DNA of 28,389 bases, from NCBI GenBank assembly GCA_046533775.1, contig JAWDOO010000007.1:1-28389 (forward strand). The letters run 5' to 3'. This DNA is from Candidatus Nanopusillus sp. (lineage in GTDB: Archaea; Nanobdellota; Nanobdellia; Nanobdellales; Nanobdellaceae). Under the pieces are notes generated by a model, which saw nothing but the letters and a program-made list of their open reading frames with translations, was not told the DNA's origin and did no database searches. Both the position numbers and the translations under genes were made by a program. Of the stretch, positions 1-8,521 are shown in pieces (within the stretch, counting starts at the first letter, position 1; each line of letters starts with the position of its first letter).

Positions 1-354
1 ATATTCATCATAATTTTTTATTTTCTCAATTACTTCAAATATTCTACTAATCTTATTTTCAGTAAACATATCATCATCTTCTAATAAAAATATTAAATTA
101 TTAGAAGCAGCTTTTATTCCTTCAGAAAATGTTCTACCAATATAATGATCTGGATCATCTGGATCTAAATTTATTATTTTATAATTGGGAAAATTTTCTT
201 TAATATAATTATCTATTTTTTCATCTTGATAATATTTTACTACAATTACTTCAATATCGTTTAAATCTATTCCTTTTTGATTTTTAATACTTTGTAATGC
301 ATCTAAAATATATTTTTTTCTTTTATAATCAATAACTACTACCGAAGCTTTCAT
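1..354 (-). CDS. Family-2 glycosyltransferase, 5' portion only (second copy of the 8522..9421 gene, truncated by the window edge)
   Basis: Minus-strand ATG at 352..354. The 354 nt match the first 118 codons of ORF 8522..9421 (MKASVVVIDYKRKKYILDALQSIKNQ..., LLEDDDMF DxD-type motif) except one synonymous C/T difference (343 vs 9410). The ORF runs off the window start. Confidence 0.75.
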   Translation of the reverse strand, partial: MKASVVVIDYKRKKYILDALQSIKNQKGIDLNDIEVIVVKYYQDEKIDNYIKENFPNYKIINLDPDDPDHYIGRTFSEGIKAASNNLIFLLEDDDMFTENKISRIFEVIEKIKNYDEY

Positions 355-357
355 AAA
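1..357. repeat. Copy A of a 357-bp near-identical dispersed duplication (partner 9068..9424)
   Basis: Base-by-base comparison by eye: offset 9067, one mismatch (343 C vs 9410 T). Identity ends 3 nt beyond the shared start codon. The left boundary is unknown because the window starts inside the repeat. Confidence 0.9.
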
Positions 358-387
358 GAATATTTTTAAATTAAAAATTATATAAAA

Positions 388-596
388 TTATTTCCTTCTT
401 ATACAATGTAGTATTCCTATTTTTTCATTTATTCCTCTTCTAATAAATTCACATTCAAAATCATTATTTAATTTATCTAATAATCTATTAACAGGAATTT
501 TAGTATTATAAGCAAGCTTGAATATATGTTTTTGATTATTTTCCTTGAATTATATATTGATTTAGGTGCAATTATTATCTTTCTTATTTTATTCAT
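388..596 (-). pseudogene. Internally deleted FkbM-family methyltransferase remnant (ghost of a 5202..6177-like gene)
   Basis: Minus-strand ATG at 594..596 opens MNKIRKIIIAPKSIYNSRKIIKNIYSSLL, matching MNKVKKIFVGSRALFSSRKLIKNLSSSLY of the 5551..6177 ORF. A different frame ends ...KLAYNTKIPVNRLLDKLNNDFECEFIRRGINEKIGILHCIRRK* (stop 388..390), matching ...YAYKTKILASKLLERLSKDFECKIIKGGIDREGILHCIRKR* of 5202..5411. The 5' flank 601..635 resembles 6180..6215. About 770 bp of the middle is missing. Confidence 0.7.
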
Positions 597-734
597 CATT
601 ACAGAATTTTTAAAAAATTTTTAAAATATTATATAATAAGCTTAAGATTTTTAATGCTTGACAATTTTCATACATAGTTTTTAACATATTTACATATTTT
701 AGCAAATAATAAATTATATATCAAAAAATAAGAA

Positions 735-1319
735 TTATTGCTTTAAAAATCTTATATCTACAGCATGAGATTCTTTTTCATTAATTAATAATGGATTGAC
801 TTCAATTTCCAACAATTTTTCTTTTTTATATAATTCATACAATTTTATTATATTTTCATATAATAAATTAACATTTACTTTTGGTCTATTTCTAAAACCA
901 TTTAACATTGGGTATAATTTTAAATCTCTTAATCTTTTTTCTAAAATATTTATATCAAAAGGTAAAGCTAATATAATAAAATCTTTTAATAATTCTGTAT
1001 ATATTCCACCAATTCCTATTAAACATATATCTCCAAATATTTTATCATATTTTATTCCAATTATTACTTCATTAAATTCTCCAATTACTTGTTCTTGTAT
1101 AATTATATTTGTATTAAATTTTTTCCTAAATTCTTCGTAATATTTTTTTAATTCGCTATAATTTTGTATATTTAATTTTACTGCACCCAAATCTGTTTTG
1201 TGATTTAAATCTGCTTTTATCACTAATGGAAAATTTGAATGAAGTGGTATTTCATTTACCCAATATTTAGGAATCTTTATTCCATATTTTTCTAATAATT
1301 CAAAACCTTCTGATAACAT
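735..1319 (-). CDS. acdB: Acetate--CoA ligase (ADP-forming) beta subunit, ATP-grasp domain protein
   Basis: 194-aa ORF with an ATG start. Blocks HKTDLGAVKLNI, GIGGIYTELLKDFIILALP, LYPMLNGFRNRPKVNVNLL and EIEVNPLLIN...AVDIRF line up with recalled Pyrococcus ACD-beta blocks (HKSDAGGVKINI, GLGGIFVEILKDVSFRVAP, AYPILAGARGEKPVNIEAL, ELDINPIFA..AVDARM). Confidence 0.75.
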   Translation of the reverse strand: MLSEGFELLEKYGIKIPKYWVNEIPLHSNFPLVIKADLNHKTDLGAVKLNIQNYSELKKYYEEFRKKFNTNIIIQEQVIGEFNEVIIGIKYDKIFGDICLIGIGGIYTELLKDFIILALPFDINILEKRLRDLKLYPMLNGFRNRPKVNVNLLYENIIKLYELYKKEKLLEIEVNPLLINEKESHAVDIRFLKQ

Positions 1320-1377
1320 ATTTTAAAATAGGTTTATTATAATTTATAAAGAATTATAACTATCAAAAATTGATAAT

Positions 1378-2160
1378 TCATATAATTTCTTTATAATGTA
1401 ATAGTGATAAAGTATAATATATAGCTTCTTCAGTTCTAATAGTTTCTAATTTTTGATCTGGACATATATTTATTGATATATCAAATTTTTCTTTCCAATT
1501 TTTTATTATATCTTCAATACCTCTTGCAAAAGATCCAAAAGCAATTGCGATTTTATCTTTTTTTTCAATTTTTGCATTTTTTATATCTTCTCCATATCTA
1601 GATGTTGCTATTAAATAAAAATTTTCTTCTTTTAATTTTTTAATTAATTCTTCTAAATTTTTATTATAATAAAATGCTTCATAACCAAAATAAAATTCCG
1701 TTTCATATGGATACAATAATTTATTATTTATTTTATCATAAATTAATATATTTGTTTTTCTATATTTTTTATTTACATTTACATAAAATTTTTCTTCTCC
1801 ATTTGTTACATAAAATTTATCATTTTCTCTTTTTAATATATAAACATATTCATATCTTGTTCTATCTTTATGATAGTATACATTCAAAGGTAAAGCAGAA
1901 CCAATATATTTTAATTCTTTATCAATTGGAAATGCAATTTTTCTAATATATGGCGGAGTATTTAAATATTTCAATACTTTTAAAATAAATCTTCCTAAAC
2001 CATGTGAATTAAATTTTGGATCATCATCATAATATATTCCCACTTCATTTATTCCAAAATTAACAATTGCTCTTGCTAATTGTGATATTAAAAATATTCT
2101 AATTTTTTGATCTCTTTTTTCTCCAGTAAATGTTGACGGAATTAATAATAATTTTCTCAT
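1378..2160 (-). CDS. SPOUT-superfamily RNA methyltransferase-like protein (DUF171 / COG2106, SPOUT1-C9orf114 type)
   Basis: 260-aa ORF with an ATG start. The C-terminal ...ICPDQKLETIRTEEAIYYTLSLL matches the family TIRTEEA motif as I recall it. The N-terminal LARAIVNFGINEVGIY block and the length also fit. Confidence 0.55.
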   Translation of the reverse strand: MRKLLLIPSTFTGEKRDQKIRIFLISQLARAIVNFGINEVGIYYDDDPKFNSHGLGRFILKVLKYLNTPPYIRKIAFPIDKELKYIGSALPLNVYYHKDRTRYEYVYILKRENDKFYVTNGEEKFYVNVNKKYRKTNILIYDKINNKLLYPYETEFYFGYEAFYYNKNLEELIKKLKEENFYLIATSRYGEDIKNAKIEKKDKIAIAFGSFARGIEDIIKNWKEKFDISINICPDQKLETIRTEEAIYYTLSLLHYKEII

Positions 2161-2189
2161 ATATAATTGTTAAAAAATAAAAATAAAAG

Positions 2190-2284
2190 TCCGGGCGGTG
2201 GGACTTGAACCCACGACCTGCCGGTCTCTGCGGCCAATTCAACCACTACAGCCGGCCGCTCTACCAGGGCTGAGCTACGCCCGG
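2190..2284 (-). tRNA. tRNA-Tyr(GTA) with a 20-nt intron (2226..2245) at the canonical 37/38 position
   Basis: Hand-folded cloverleaf. Acceptor CCGGGCG/CGCCCGG has the C1:G72 pair typical of archaeal tRNA-Tyr, with discriminator A. D arm GCTC/GAGC, anticodon stem GCCGG/CCGGC, loop CTGTAG^A, T arm GTGGG-TTCAAGT-CCCAC. The intron TGGTTGAATTGGCCGCAGAG forms a central 4-bp helix (CUGU:GCAG) flanked by 3-nt bulges AG^U and AG^A. No encoded CCA. The tRNA is GC-rich against an AT-rich background. Confidence 0.92.
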
Positions 2285-2405
2285 TATTTATTATAATTAA
2301 TAAGATAATATATATTAAAAAATTTTAACTTTTATAGATTATATCCAAAAATTCATATTAAATATTTTGTTTTTTATAATTTTGTTAATAAAAAATTTGC
2401 GTATT

Positions 2406-3737
2406 TTATATTTTTTCTATTTTTATAAAATCAGTTCTTCCAATTTCTGATTTAGGATCTCCACCCAATATTAATATATATCCATTATTAATATATTTCT
2501 TAGCTATTAATTTGGAATTATTTATTATATCTAGTATATCTTTACTTTCTGCACTTTCTAGTTCAGGATATACTCCATATAATAAGTATAATTTCCTATA
2601 TAATTCCTTATTTGGTGTAACTCCTATTATAATTTGTTTTGGTCTTAATCTTGAAACTCTTATTATAGAATTTCCAGTTCTACTATGTGAAACAATTAGT
2701 TTTATATCATTATCAAATTCTGAAGTACTTACTGCACCTGCTGCTATAGAATCGTCAATATTATTTGGAGGTAATAATTCTGACTTTACTTCTTTTTCTA
2801 CATTTAATATTATTTCTTCTAATATTTTTACAGAATCTATTGGATAATTACCTATTGCCGTTTCATCACTTAACATTATAGCATCTACACCTTCTAATAC
2901 AGATAAAGAGGCATCTATTATTTCAGCTCTAGTTGGTACTGTATTATTTACCATAGATTCTAATACTTGTGTAGCCAATATAACAGGTTTTCCATATAAT
3001 CTTGATGTTTTAATTATTCTTTTTTCTGCAAATATTAAGTTTGAAAATCCTATATCTACTCCCAAATCTCCTCTTGCTACCATTACACCGTCAGATACTT
3101 TAATTATGTTTTCTAAATCATTTAAAGCTTTTTTAGTTTCTATTTTAGCAATCACCCAAGCTTTATCTTTTACTATTTCTTTGACTTTTATTATATCTTC
3201 TTTTGATAAAACAAAGGATACCCCTATAAAATCTGCACCCAAATCTAAAGCTTCTTTTAATAGTTCTAAATCTTTTTGTGTTACTCCAGCATCTAAATTT
3301 ATATCTGGAATATTTATTCCTTTTCTAGATGTTAATATTCCCCCATCTAGAACAGTTCCTTCTACCTTATTATTATCTATTTTATCTATATGAACCTTTA
3401 TATTTCCATCATCTAAATATATATCAGTATTTTCCTTAACTACTTTATAAAATAATAAATCTTCTACTGGGATACCATCATCTTGAGAAAATATTATTTT
3501 ATCCCCAGGTTTTAATAATATTTTTTCTTTTAGATTTCCTATCCTTAGCTTTGGCCCTGGTAAATCTACTAATATGGGTTTTTCGCTATTTTCTCTAATT
3601 ATTTTAAAATATTCTTCATGACTTTTTCTATCTCCATGCGAAAAATTTATTCTATATACATCTACATATTTATCCAATTCTTTTATCTTATCTATACTAC
3701 TTGGACCTATTGTAGCAACAATTTTTGTTTTTTTCAT
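2406..3737 (-). CDS. pyk: Pyruvate kinase
   Basis: 443-aa ORF. Motifs: KTKIVATIGPSS N-terminus, RINFSHGD, VMVARGDLGVDIG, ATQVLESM. Confidence 0.9.
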   Translation of the reverse strand: MKKTKIVATIGPSSIDKIKELDKYVDVYRINFSHGDRKSHEEYFKIIRENSEKPILVDLPGPKLRIGNLKEKILLKPGDKIIFSQDDGIPVEDLLFYKVVKENTDIYLDDGNIKVHIDKIDNNKVEGTVLDGGILTSRKGINIPDINLDAGVTQKDLELLKEALDLGADFIGVSFVLSKEDIIKVKEIVKDKAWVIAKIETKKALNDLENIIKVSDGVMVARGDLGVDIGFSNLIFAEKRIIKTSRLYGKPVILATQVLESMVNNTVPTRAEIIDASLSVLEGVDAIMLSDETAIGNYPIDSVKILEEIILNVEKEVKSELLPPNNIDDSIAAGAVSTSEFDNDIKLIVSHSRTGNSIIRVSRLRPKQIIIGVTPNKELYRKLYLLYGVYPELESAESKDILDIINNSKLIAKKYINNGYILILGGDPKSEIGRTDFIKIEKI

Positions 3738-3860
3738 AAAAGATGTATAAAAATTGAAACTTTTAATTACAAAAAATAAAAATATTATTTAACTTAAATA
3801 TATTATTATAAATTTATATGGTTGATAAGATATTTAAATATCAAAAATTTAAAGTTAATC

Positions 3861-5165
3861 ATGAGTGGGGTATTTAAATTATATGATATTAGAGGTATAT
3901 ACGGACAAGACTTAACAGATGAACTATTATATAAAATTGGATATGCATTGGGAAGATATCTTAATAACTATGAATCAATAGGGATTGTAAGAGATATAAG
4001 ATTGTCCTCTCCAAGAATAAGAGATATTTTAGTAGAAACATTAGTTTATACACATGATGTATTAGATTTTGGAATTGGATCTACGCCAGAAGCACATTAT
4101 TTAGCAAAGGTATATAATATTCCAGTATTAATGATAACTGCATCTCATAATCCTCCACAATATAATGGAATAAAACCAATTAATAGTAATGGAAATGATT
4201 TACCAAAAGAAGAAATCGATAAAATTGAAAAATTAACATATGAAGATATAAAACCATCACAAAAAGAGGGAATGTTAGAAGTTATTGAAGAAGCAAGAGA
4301 TATTTATAAAAAACATTTAAAAGAGAAATTTAAAGGAGTAAGTGGATTTAAGGTTGGTTATGATCCTTCAAATTCCGTATTGACTCTAATGAAGGATGTA
4401 TTGATAGATTTAGGAAATGAAGTTGTAGCAATTAATGATAATATAGATGGAACTTTTCCTGGTCATGGACCAGATCCTTCAAAAGATGAAAATATTAAAC
4501 CTTTACAAGAATTAATGAGAAATAGAAAAGATCTTGATATTGGATTTATGTTTGATTCAGATGGAGATAGATTGGGTGTAGTAGATAAGTATGGAAATAG
4601 AATTAGAATGGATAAATATTTAATACCTTTTATTAAAAAAGATAGGACATATGTATTAGAAATTTCTTTACCAATTTATTTAAGAAGATTAGTTGAAGAA
4701 AGAGGAGGAAAAGTAATTATAAAAAGACCTGGTCATACATTTATTAAATTTGCAGGTCAACAAAATAGAGCATATTTATGTATTGAATATACTGGTCATA
4801 TTTATTTTGCTGAAAATGATTATATTGATGATGCATTATTTGGTGCATTAATGTTATTAAAATATATGAAAAAAGGTGTAGATATAAATAATTTAAATAT
4901 TCCAGAATTTACATGGTTGGAAAAAGATATATCAAGAAATAATCCTAATTTAATTGATAAAGTAAAAGAATATGGAAAAAATAATGGATTTACATTAAAT
5001 GATTTAAATGGAGATTTAGACGGTATAGAATTATTAAAAGATAACTTAAGAATATTGGTAAGATATTCTGAAACAGAACCATTATATAGAGTTGTAATAG
5101 ATTCTTATGATAAAAATATAGATGTTAATAAAATATTTGAAGAAATAGTAAAATTAAATATATGA
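3861..5165 (+). CDS. Phosphomannomutase/phosphoglucomutase (alpha-D-phosphohexomutase family)
   Basis: Phosphoserine loop TASHNPPQYNGIK and Mg-binding loop FMFDSDGDRLGVVD. I prefer the ATG at 3861 (MSGVFKLYDIRGIYG) over the ORF track's TTG at 3822. Confidence 0.85.
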   Translation: MSGVFKLYDIRGIYGQDLTDELLYKIGYALGRYLNNYESIGIVRDIRLSSPRIRDILVETLVYTHDVLDFGIGSTPEAHYLAKVYNIPVLMITASHNPPQYNGIKPINSNGNDLPKEEIDKIEKLTYEDIKPSQKEGMLEVIEEARDIYKKHLKEKFKGVSGFKVGYDPSNSVLTLMKDVLIDLGNEVVAINDNIDGTFPGHGPDPSKDENIKPLQELMRNRKDLDIGFMFDSDGDRLGVVDKYGNRIRMDKYLIPFIKKDRTYVLEISLPIYLRRLVEERGGKVIIKRPGHTFIKFAGQQNRAYLCIEYTGHIYFAENDYIDDALFGALMLLKYMKKGVDINNLNIPEFTWLEKDISRNNPNLIDKVKEYGKNNGFTLNDLNGDLDGIELLKDNLRILVRYSETEPLYRVVIDSYDKNIDVNKIFEEIVKLNI

Positions 5166-5201
5166 ATAATTTTTGTTTAAAAGAAATTTTTATTAATAAT
5201 A

Positions 5202-6177
5202 CTATCTCTTTCTTATACAATGTAATATACCTTCTCTATCTATTCCTCCTTTAATAATTTTACATTCAAAATCCTTACTTAATCTTTCTAATAGTTTACT
5301 AGCAAGTATCTTTGTTTTATAAGCATAGTGTTCGATTCCGATTTCATCAAAGTTCTTTATAATATCATAATCTTTTAAAATTATATCATATTCACATCCC
5401 TCACAATCCATTTTTAATATTTGTGCATCTATATTATACTTTTTAATAATATCACTTAGTTTACCTGCAGGTATCTTAATGCCATTATTATTAGAATTGA
5501 AAAAAGAAGATGATGCTCGAAATATATCTTTAACATTAATAGTTACATAGTCACCAATATAGCTTATCCCTATATTTATTGGAATAATTTTTATCTTCCA
5601 TATTATTTAATTTTATATTTTCTAACATTTCTTTATAAGATTCGGGATGTGGTTTTATTGAATAAACCTTTTTAGCTCCCTTTAATATAAAATATATTGC
5701 TGAATCTCCTACAAATGCTCCTATATCTAGTACATTTTTATCTTTTACATTAAGAAATTTATGATCTTCTCTTTCGAAAATTTGAAGTATTGTACCATAA
5801 AGATGTTTAAATTTTATTCCATTCTTCTCCCAATAATCTCTTTTATAATCCCAACCAGATTTTATAGCTTTAATAACATTATAAATACCATCAGAATAAT
5901 AAAAATTATTTGTTGGTATGGAATATGTTTTATTGTTTATTTTGAATTTTATTTCGTTTTTATTTATATCTATAATATATCCACGATAGTAATAGTATAC
6001 TATCTCTGAATAAGTAGATCTTGATACTACTAAAGTTTCTCCATTTCTCAATTTTAATTCAATATTCTTCTTTCTTAAAATTAAATATTGATATAAACTT
6101 GAAGATAGGTTCTTAATTAATTTTCTTGAACTAAATAATGCTCTAGATCCAACAAAAATCTTCTTTACTTTGTTCAT
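5202..6177 (-). pseudogene. FkbM-family SAM-dependent methyltransferase interrupted by a single-base frameshift (ORFs 5551..6177 and 5202..5411 plus the unlisted stretch between them)
   Basis: The N-terminal ORF carries the SAM-binding VLDIGAFVGDSAIYF. Removing one A from the minus-strand A5 run (T5 at 5588..5592) gives ...NIKLNNMEDKIIPINIGISYIGDYVTINV...DAQILKMDCEGCEYDII..., continuous with the 5202..5411 ORF. LKMDCEGCE is equivalent to the FkbM LKIDVEGAE motif. Confidence 0.8.
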
Positions 6178-6240
6178 TATAATGGAATTTTTGAAAAATT
6201 TTTAAATATATAGAAAGTTATAATATTAATAAAAATTAAA

Positions 6241-7425
6241 TTATTTATATTTTTCTAAAATATTTTCAAGCTTATCATCTAATTTTTTAGCAAAAGAATC
6301 CCAAGATATATCAATATTCTTTATATAATGTTTATTTTCTTTTCCTTTTTCTATTAATTCATCCTTATTTTTTATAAAATATTCTAGTGAATTGTATAAT
6401 TCATTAATCGTACTTTCTTCATAAAATCTTTCTTTTATCCAATAAATTCCAGGTGCATTCTTTAATAATTCATAACTTCCAGAAGGATAAACATTAATTA
6501 AATATTTTCCAGAAGCTAATGATTCTAATGGCACTATTCCAAAATCTTCCATATATGGTATATAAATACATGCCGAAGATTTTGCGTATAATTCTCTCAA
6601 TTTTTCATCAGATAAGTTTTGATATAATTTTACGTTATTTTGTAAATTATATTCTTTAATTAATTTCAATATTTCTAAATAATATTTTTTATTTTCAACA
6701 TTTCCAACTAAATATAATTTATAATCTTTATATTTTTTAATAAATTTTGCAAATGCTTTAATTAATATATCTTGTCTTTTTGATAATCCAATTCTGGCTA
6801 CATATAAGAAATAATCTTCCGGATTATCATTATAAAAATTAGATAAATCTGCACCTGGATATATAACATCTGTTTTTTCTTTATCTATTAAATTTTTATC
6901 TAATGATCTTTTTCTAGATAATTCTGAATTAAATATTGCAAAATCTATTTTCTTCCAGGATTTTCTTTCTAAATAATTATAAACATTTAAAGCTACTTTA
7001 TAAGGTAAATAATAATATTTTCTAAATCTATATTTAATGTTCCAATAGATATCATATTTATATGCAGCCCTTAAAATTGTATGAGTATATGTAACTTTTG
7101 GTATACTAACATCCTGATAAGATAATATTAATTCTGCAATACCTCCCGTAGATATTAATAATAAATCAAAATCATCAATTTCATATTTTATTAATAAATT
7201 TAGTAATGAAAATCCACCTCTAATTAAATATCCCCTAAAAATTCTTTCATATTTTTTATCATATAAACTAATTATATCTTTTTCCTTAAAGTCATAAGTT
7301 TTTTCCTTAATATAATTCCAAGTTAATATTTTTATTTTATGTTTAGATCTTCTATAATATTCATAAACAACTCTTTCTGCACCTCCTTTTGATTTTAACC
7401 ATGGATGAAATAATAAAATTTTCAT
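6241..7425 (-). CDS. Glycosyltransferase, GT4 (GT-B fold) family
   Basis: 394-aa ORF with the E-x7-E motif region YMEDFGIVPLESLASGK. It sits in a same-strand run of glycosylation genes. Confidence 0.8.
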   Translation of the reverse strand: MKILLFHPWLKSKGGAERVVYEYYRRSKHKIKILTWNYIKEKTYDFKEKDIISLYDKKYERIFRGYLIRGGFSLLNLLIKYEIDDFDLLLISTGGIAELILSYQDVSIPKVTYTHTILRAAYKYDIYWNIKYRFRKYYYLPYKVALNVYNYLERKSWKKIDFAIFNSELSRKRSLDKNLIDKEKTDVIYPGADLSNFYNDNPEDYFLYVARIGLSKRQDILIKAFAKFIKKYKDYKLYLVGNVENKKYYLEILKLIKEYNLQNNVKLYQNLSDEKLRELYAKSSACIYIPYMEDFGIVPLESLASGKYLINVYPSGSYELLKNAPGIYWIKERFYEESTINELYNSLEYFIKNKDELIEKGKENKHYIKNIDISWDSFAKKLDDKLENILEKYK

Positions 7426-7437
7426 AATAAAAGATAA

Positions 7438-8487
7438 TTATGAAGATTCATAAACTTTATTAAACATTTCTTCTATTTTTGGCAATATTATATTAGAATC
7501 AAATTTACCCGCAATTTCTCTAGCTTTTTTAGATAATTCTTCATATTTTTCCTTATTATTTTTCCATATTTGATAATATCTTAATATTCCATTAATGTAA
7601 TCTTCTACATTATTAAGTTTTGCATAATAAATTGATTCAGATTCTCCAAATGCACTAATTACATCTAATAAATTTGATACAACTATAAGATTTCCTACTG
7701 CTAAATTTTCTAATACAGAAAAGGAAAATGCTTCTTGTCTAGTTGGTAAAAACATTAAATTTTTATCACTTATAACATCAATATATTCTTCTTCGCTTAA
7801 CATTCCTAAATACTTAACATTAGTTGGCAAATTTTCATATATTGGTATATTACCAGTAATATAGAATTCTATATCATTATATTTCTTTAAATTTTCTGCA
7901 ACTTTTACCAAAATATCTATTCCTTTTTCAATATTAATAACTCTAGGACAAATTATCTTAAATTTATCATAATTTTTCTCTTTTGGTTTATACTTCTCTA
8001 ATTCGATAAAATTCGGAATTACAAATATATTCCTAAAACCTTTTTTTCTATATATATTTGCTCTATATTCAGTTAAAAAATGATGATAAGAATCTTTTAT
8101 TTTTCTAGCAATTATGTTTTCTAATAAAGAATAATAAATCTTTTGAATAGGCCTATCTAAGGGAGAATGATGACCAAAAATAACTTTATTTGAATATTTT
8201 AATATATCAATTTGTGTTCCAAACCAAACATAAAATGCATAAGTTATATCTGTATCTTTTAAATAACTTTTTATTTCACTTATATCATGTAATAAACCAT
8301 ATTTCTTCTTATGCTTAATTACTATATAATCAAAATCCAAATTATTTAAATTATATTTTTTATTAAAATCTGTAGTTATAACTTCAACATCATATTTTTT
8401 AGATAAATAAGATGCAACTTTTATTATCCATTTTTCCCCTCCTCTATTAAAAGATAAATGCGGTAAGTTAAATATAGTAATTTTCAT
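7438..8487 (-). CDS. Glycosyltransferase, GT4 (GT-B fold) family
   Basis: 349-aa ORF with TRQEAFSFSVLENLAVGN (E-x7-E). It lies 12 nt upstream of the next GT4 gene. Confidence 0.75.
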   Translation of the reverse strand: MKITIFNLPHLSFNRGGEKWIIKVASYLSKKYDVEVITTDFNKKYNLNNLDFDYIVIKHKKKYGLLHDISEIKSYLKDTDITYAFYVWFGTQIDILKYSNKVIFGHHSPLDRPIQKIYYSLLENIIARKIKDSYHHFLTEYRANIYRKKGFRNIFVIPNFIELEKYKPKEKNYDKFKIICPRVINIEKGIDILVKVAENLKKYNDIEFYITGNIPIYENLPTNVKYLGMLSEEEYIDVISDKNLMFLPTRQEAFSFSVLENLAVGNLIVVSNLLDVISAFGESESIYYAKLNNVEDYINGILRYYQIWKNNKEKYEELSKKAREIAGKFDSNIILPKIEEMFNKVYESS

Positions 8488-8521
8488 TAATCTATTGAAG
8501 ATAAAAAAGTTTTATAAATTT

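Noticed and set aside
796-1140. Antisense ORF from the track. The same applies to 1674..1946, 2512..2847, 3106..3393, 5761..6009, 9956..10138, 13008..13223, 15988..16233, 21052..21243, 21577..21801, 22548..22736, 26859..27095 and 27793..28104.
   Set aside because: Each lies entirely opposite a longer ORF with clear family motifs. The translations are low-complexity F/I/L/S/N strings typical of shadow frames in AT-rich DNA, with no motifs.
2285-2320. TATA-like element upstream of tRNA-Tyr, and similar promoter calls elsewhere
   Set aside because: Strings such as atatatat or tttaaa occur throughout DNA this AT-rich, so individual BRE/TATA calls are not supportable from sequence alone. Only the obligatory divergent rml spacer was listed, at low confidence.
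3822-3860. TTG-initiated N-terminal extensions proposed by the ORF track. The same applies to 10898 for rmlA, 10339 for rmlD, 26564 for MtaB, 14366 for the coiled-coil protein, 17743 for HExxH-2 and 27164 for the wHTH.
   Set aside because: In each case, downstream ATG codons give N-termini that match the family consensus or the paralog. They also avoid overlaps with neighbouring genes. The extensions are hydrophobic or low-complexity.
5202-5411. 69-aa ORF as an independent small gene
   Set aside because: It begins at an internal Met of the FkbM LKMDCEGCE motif. The same frame stays open upstream through 5412..5590 and joins the 5551..6177 ORF after a 1-nt correction, so it is the C-terminus of that gene.
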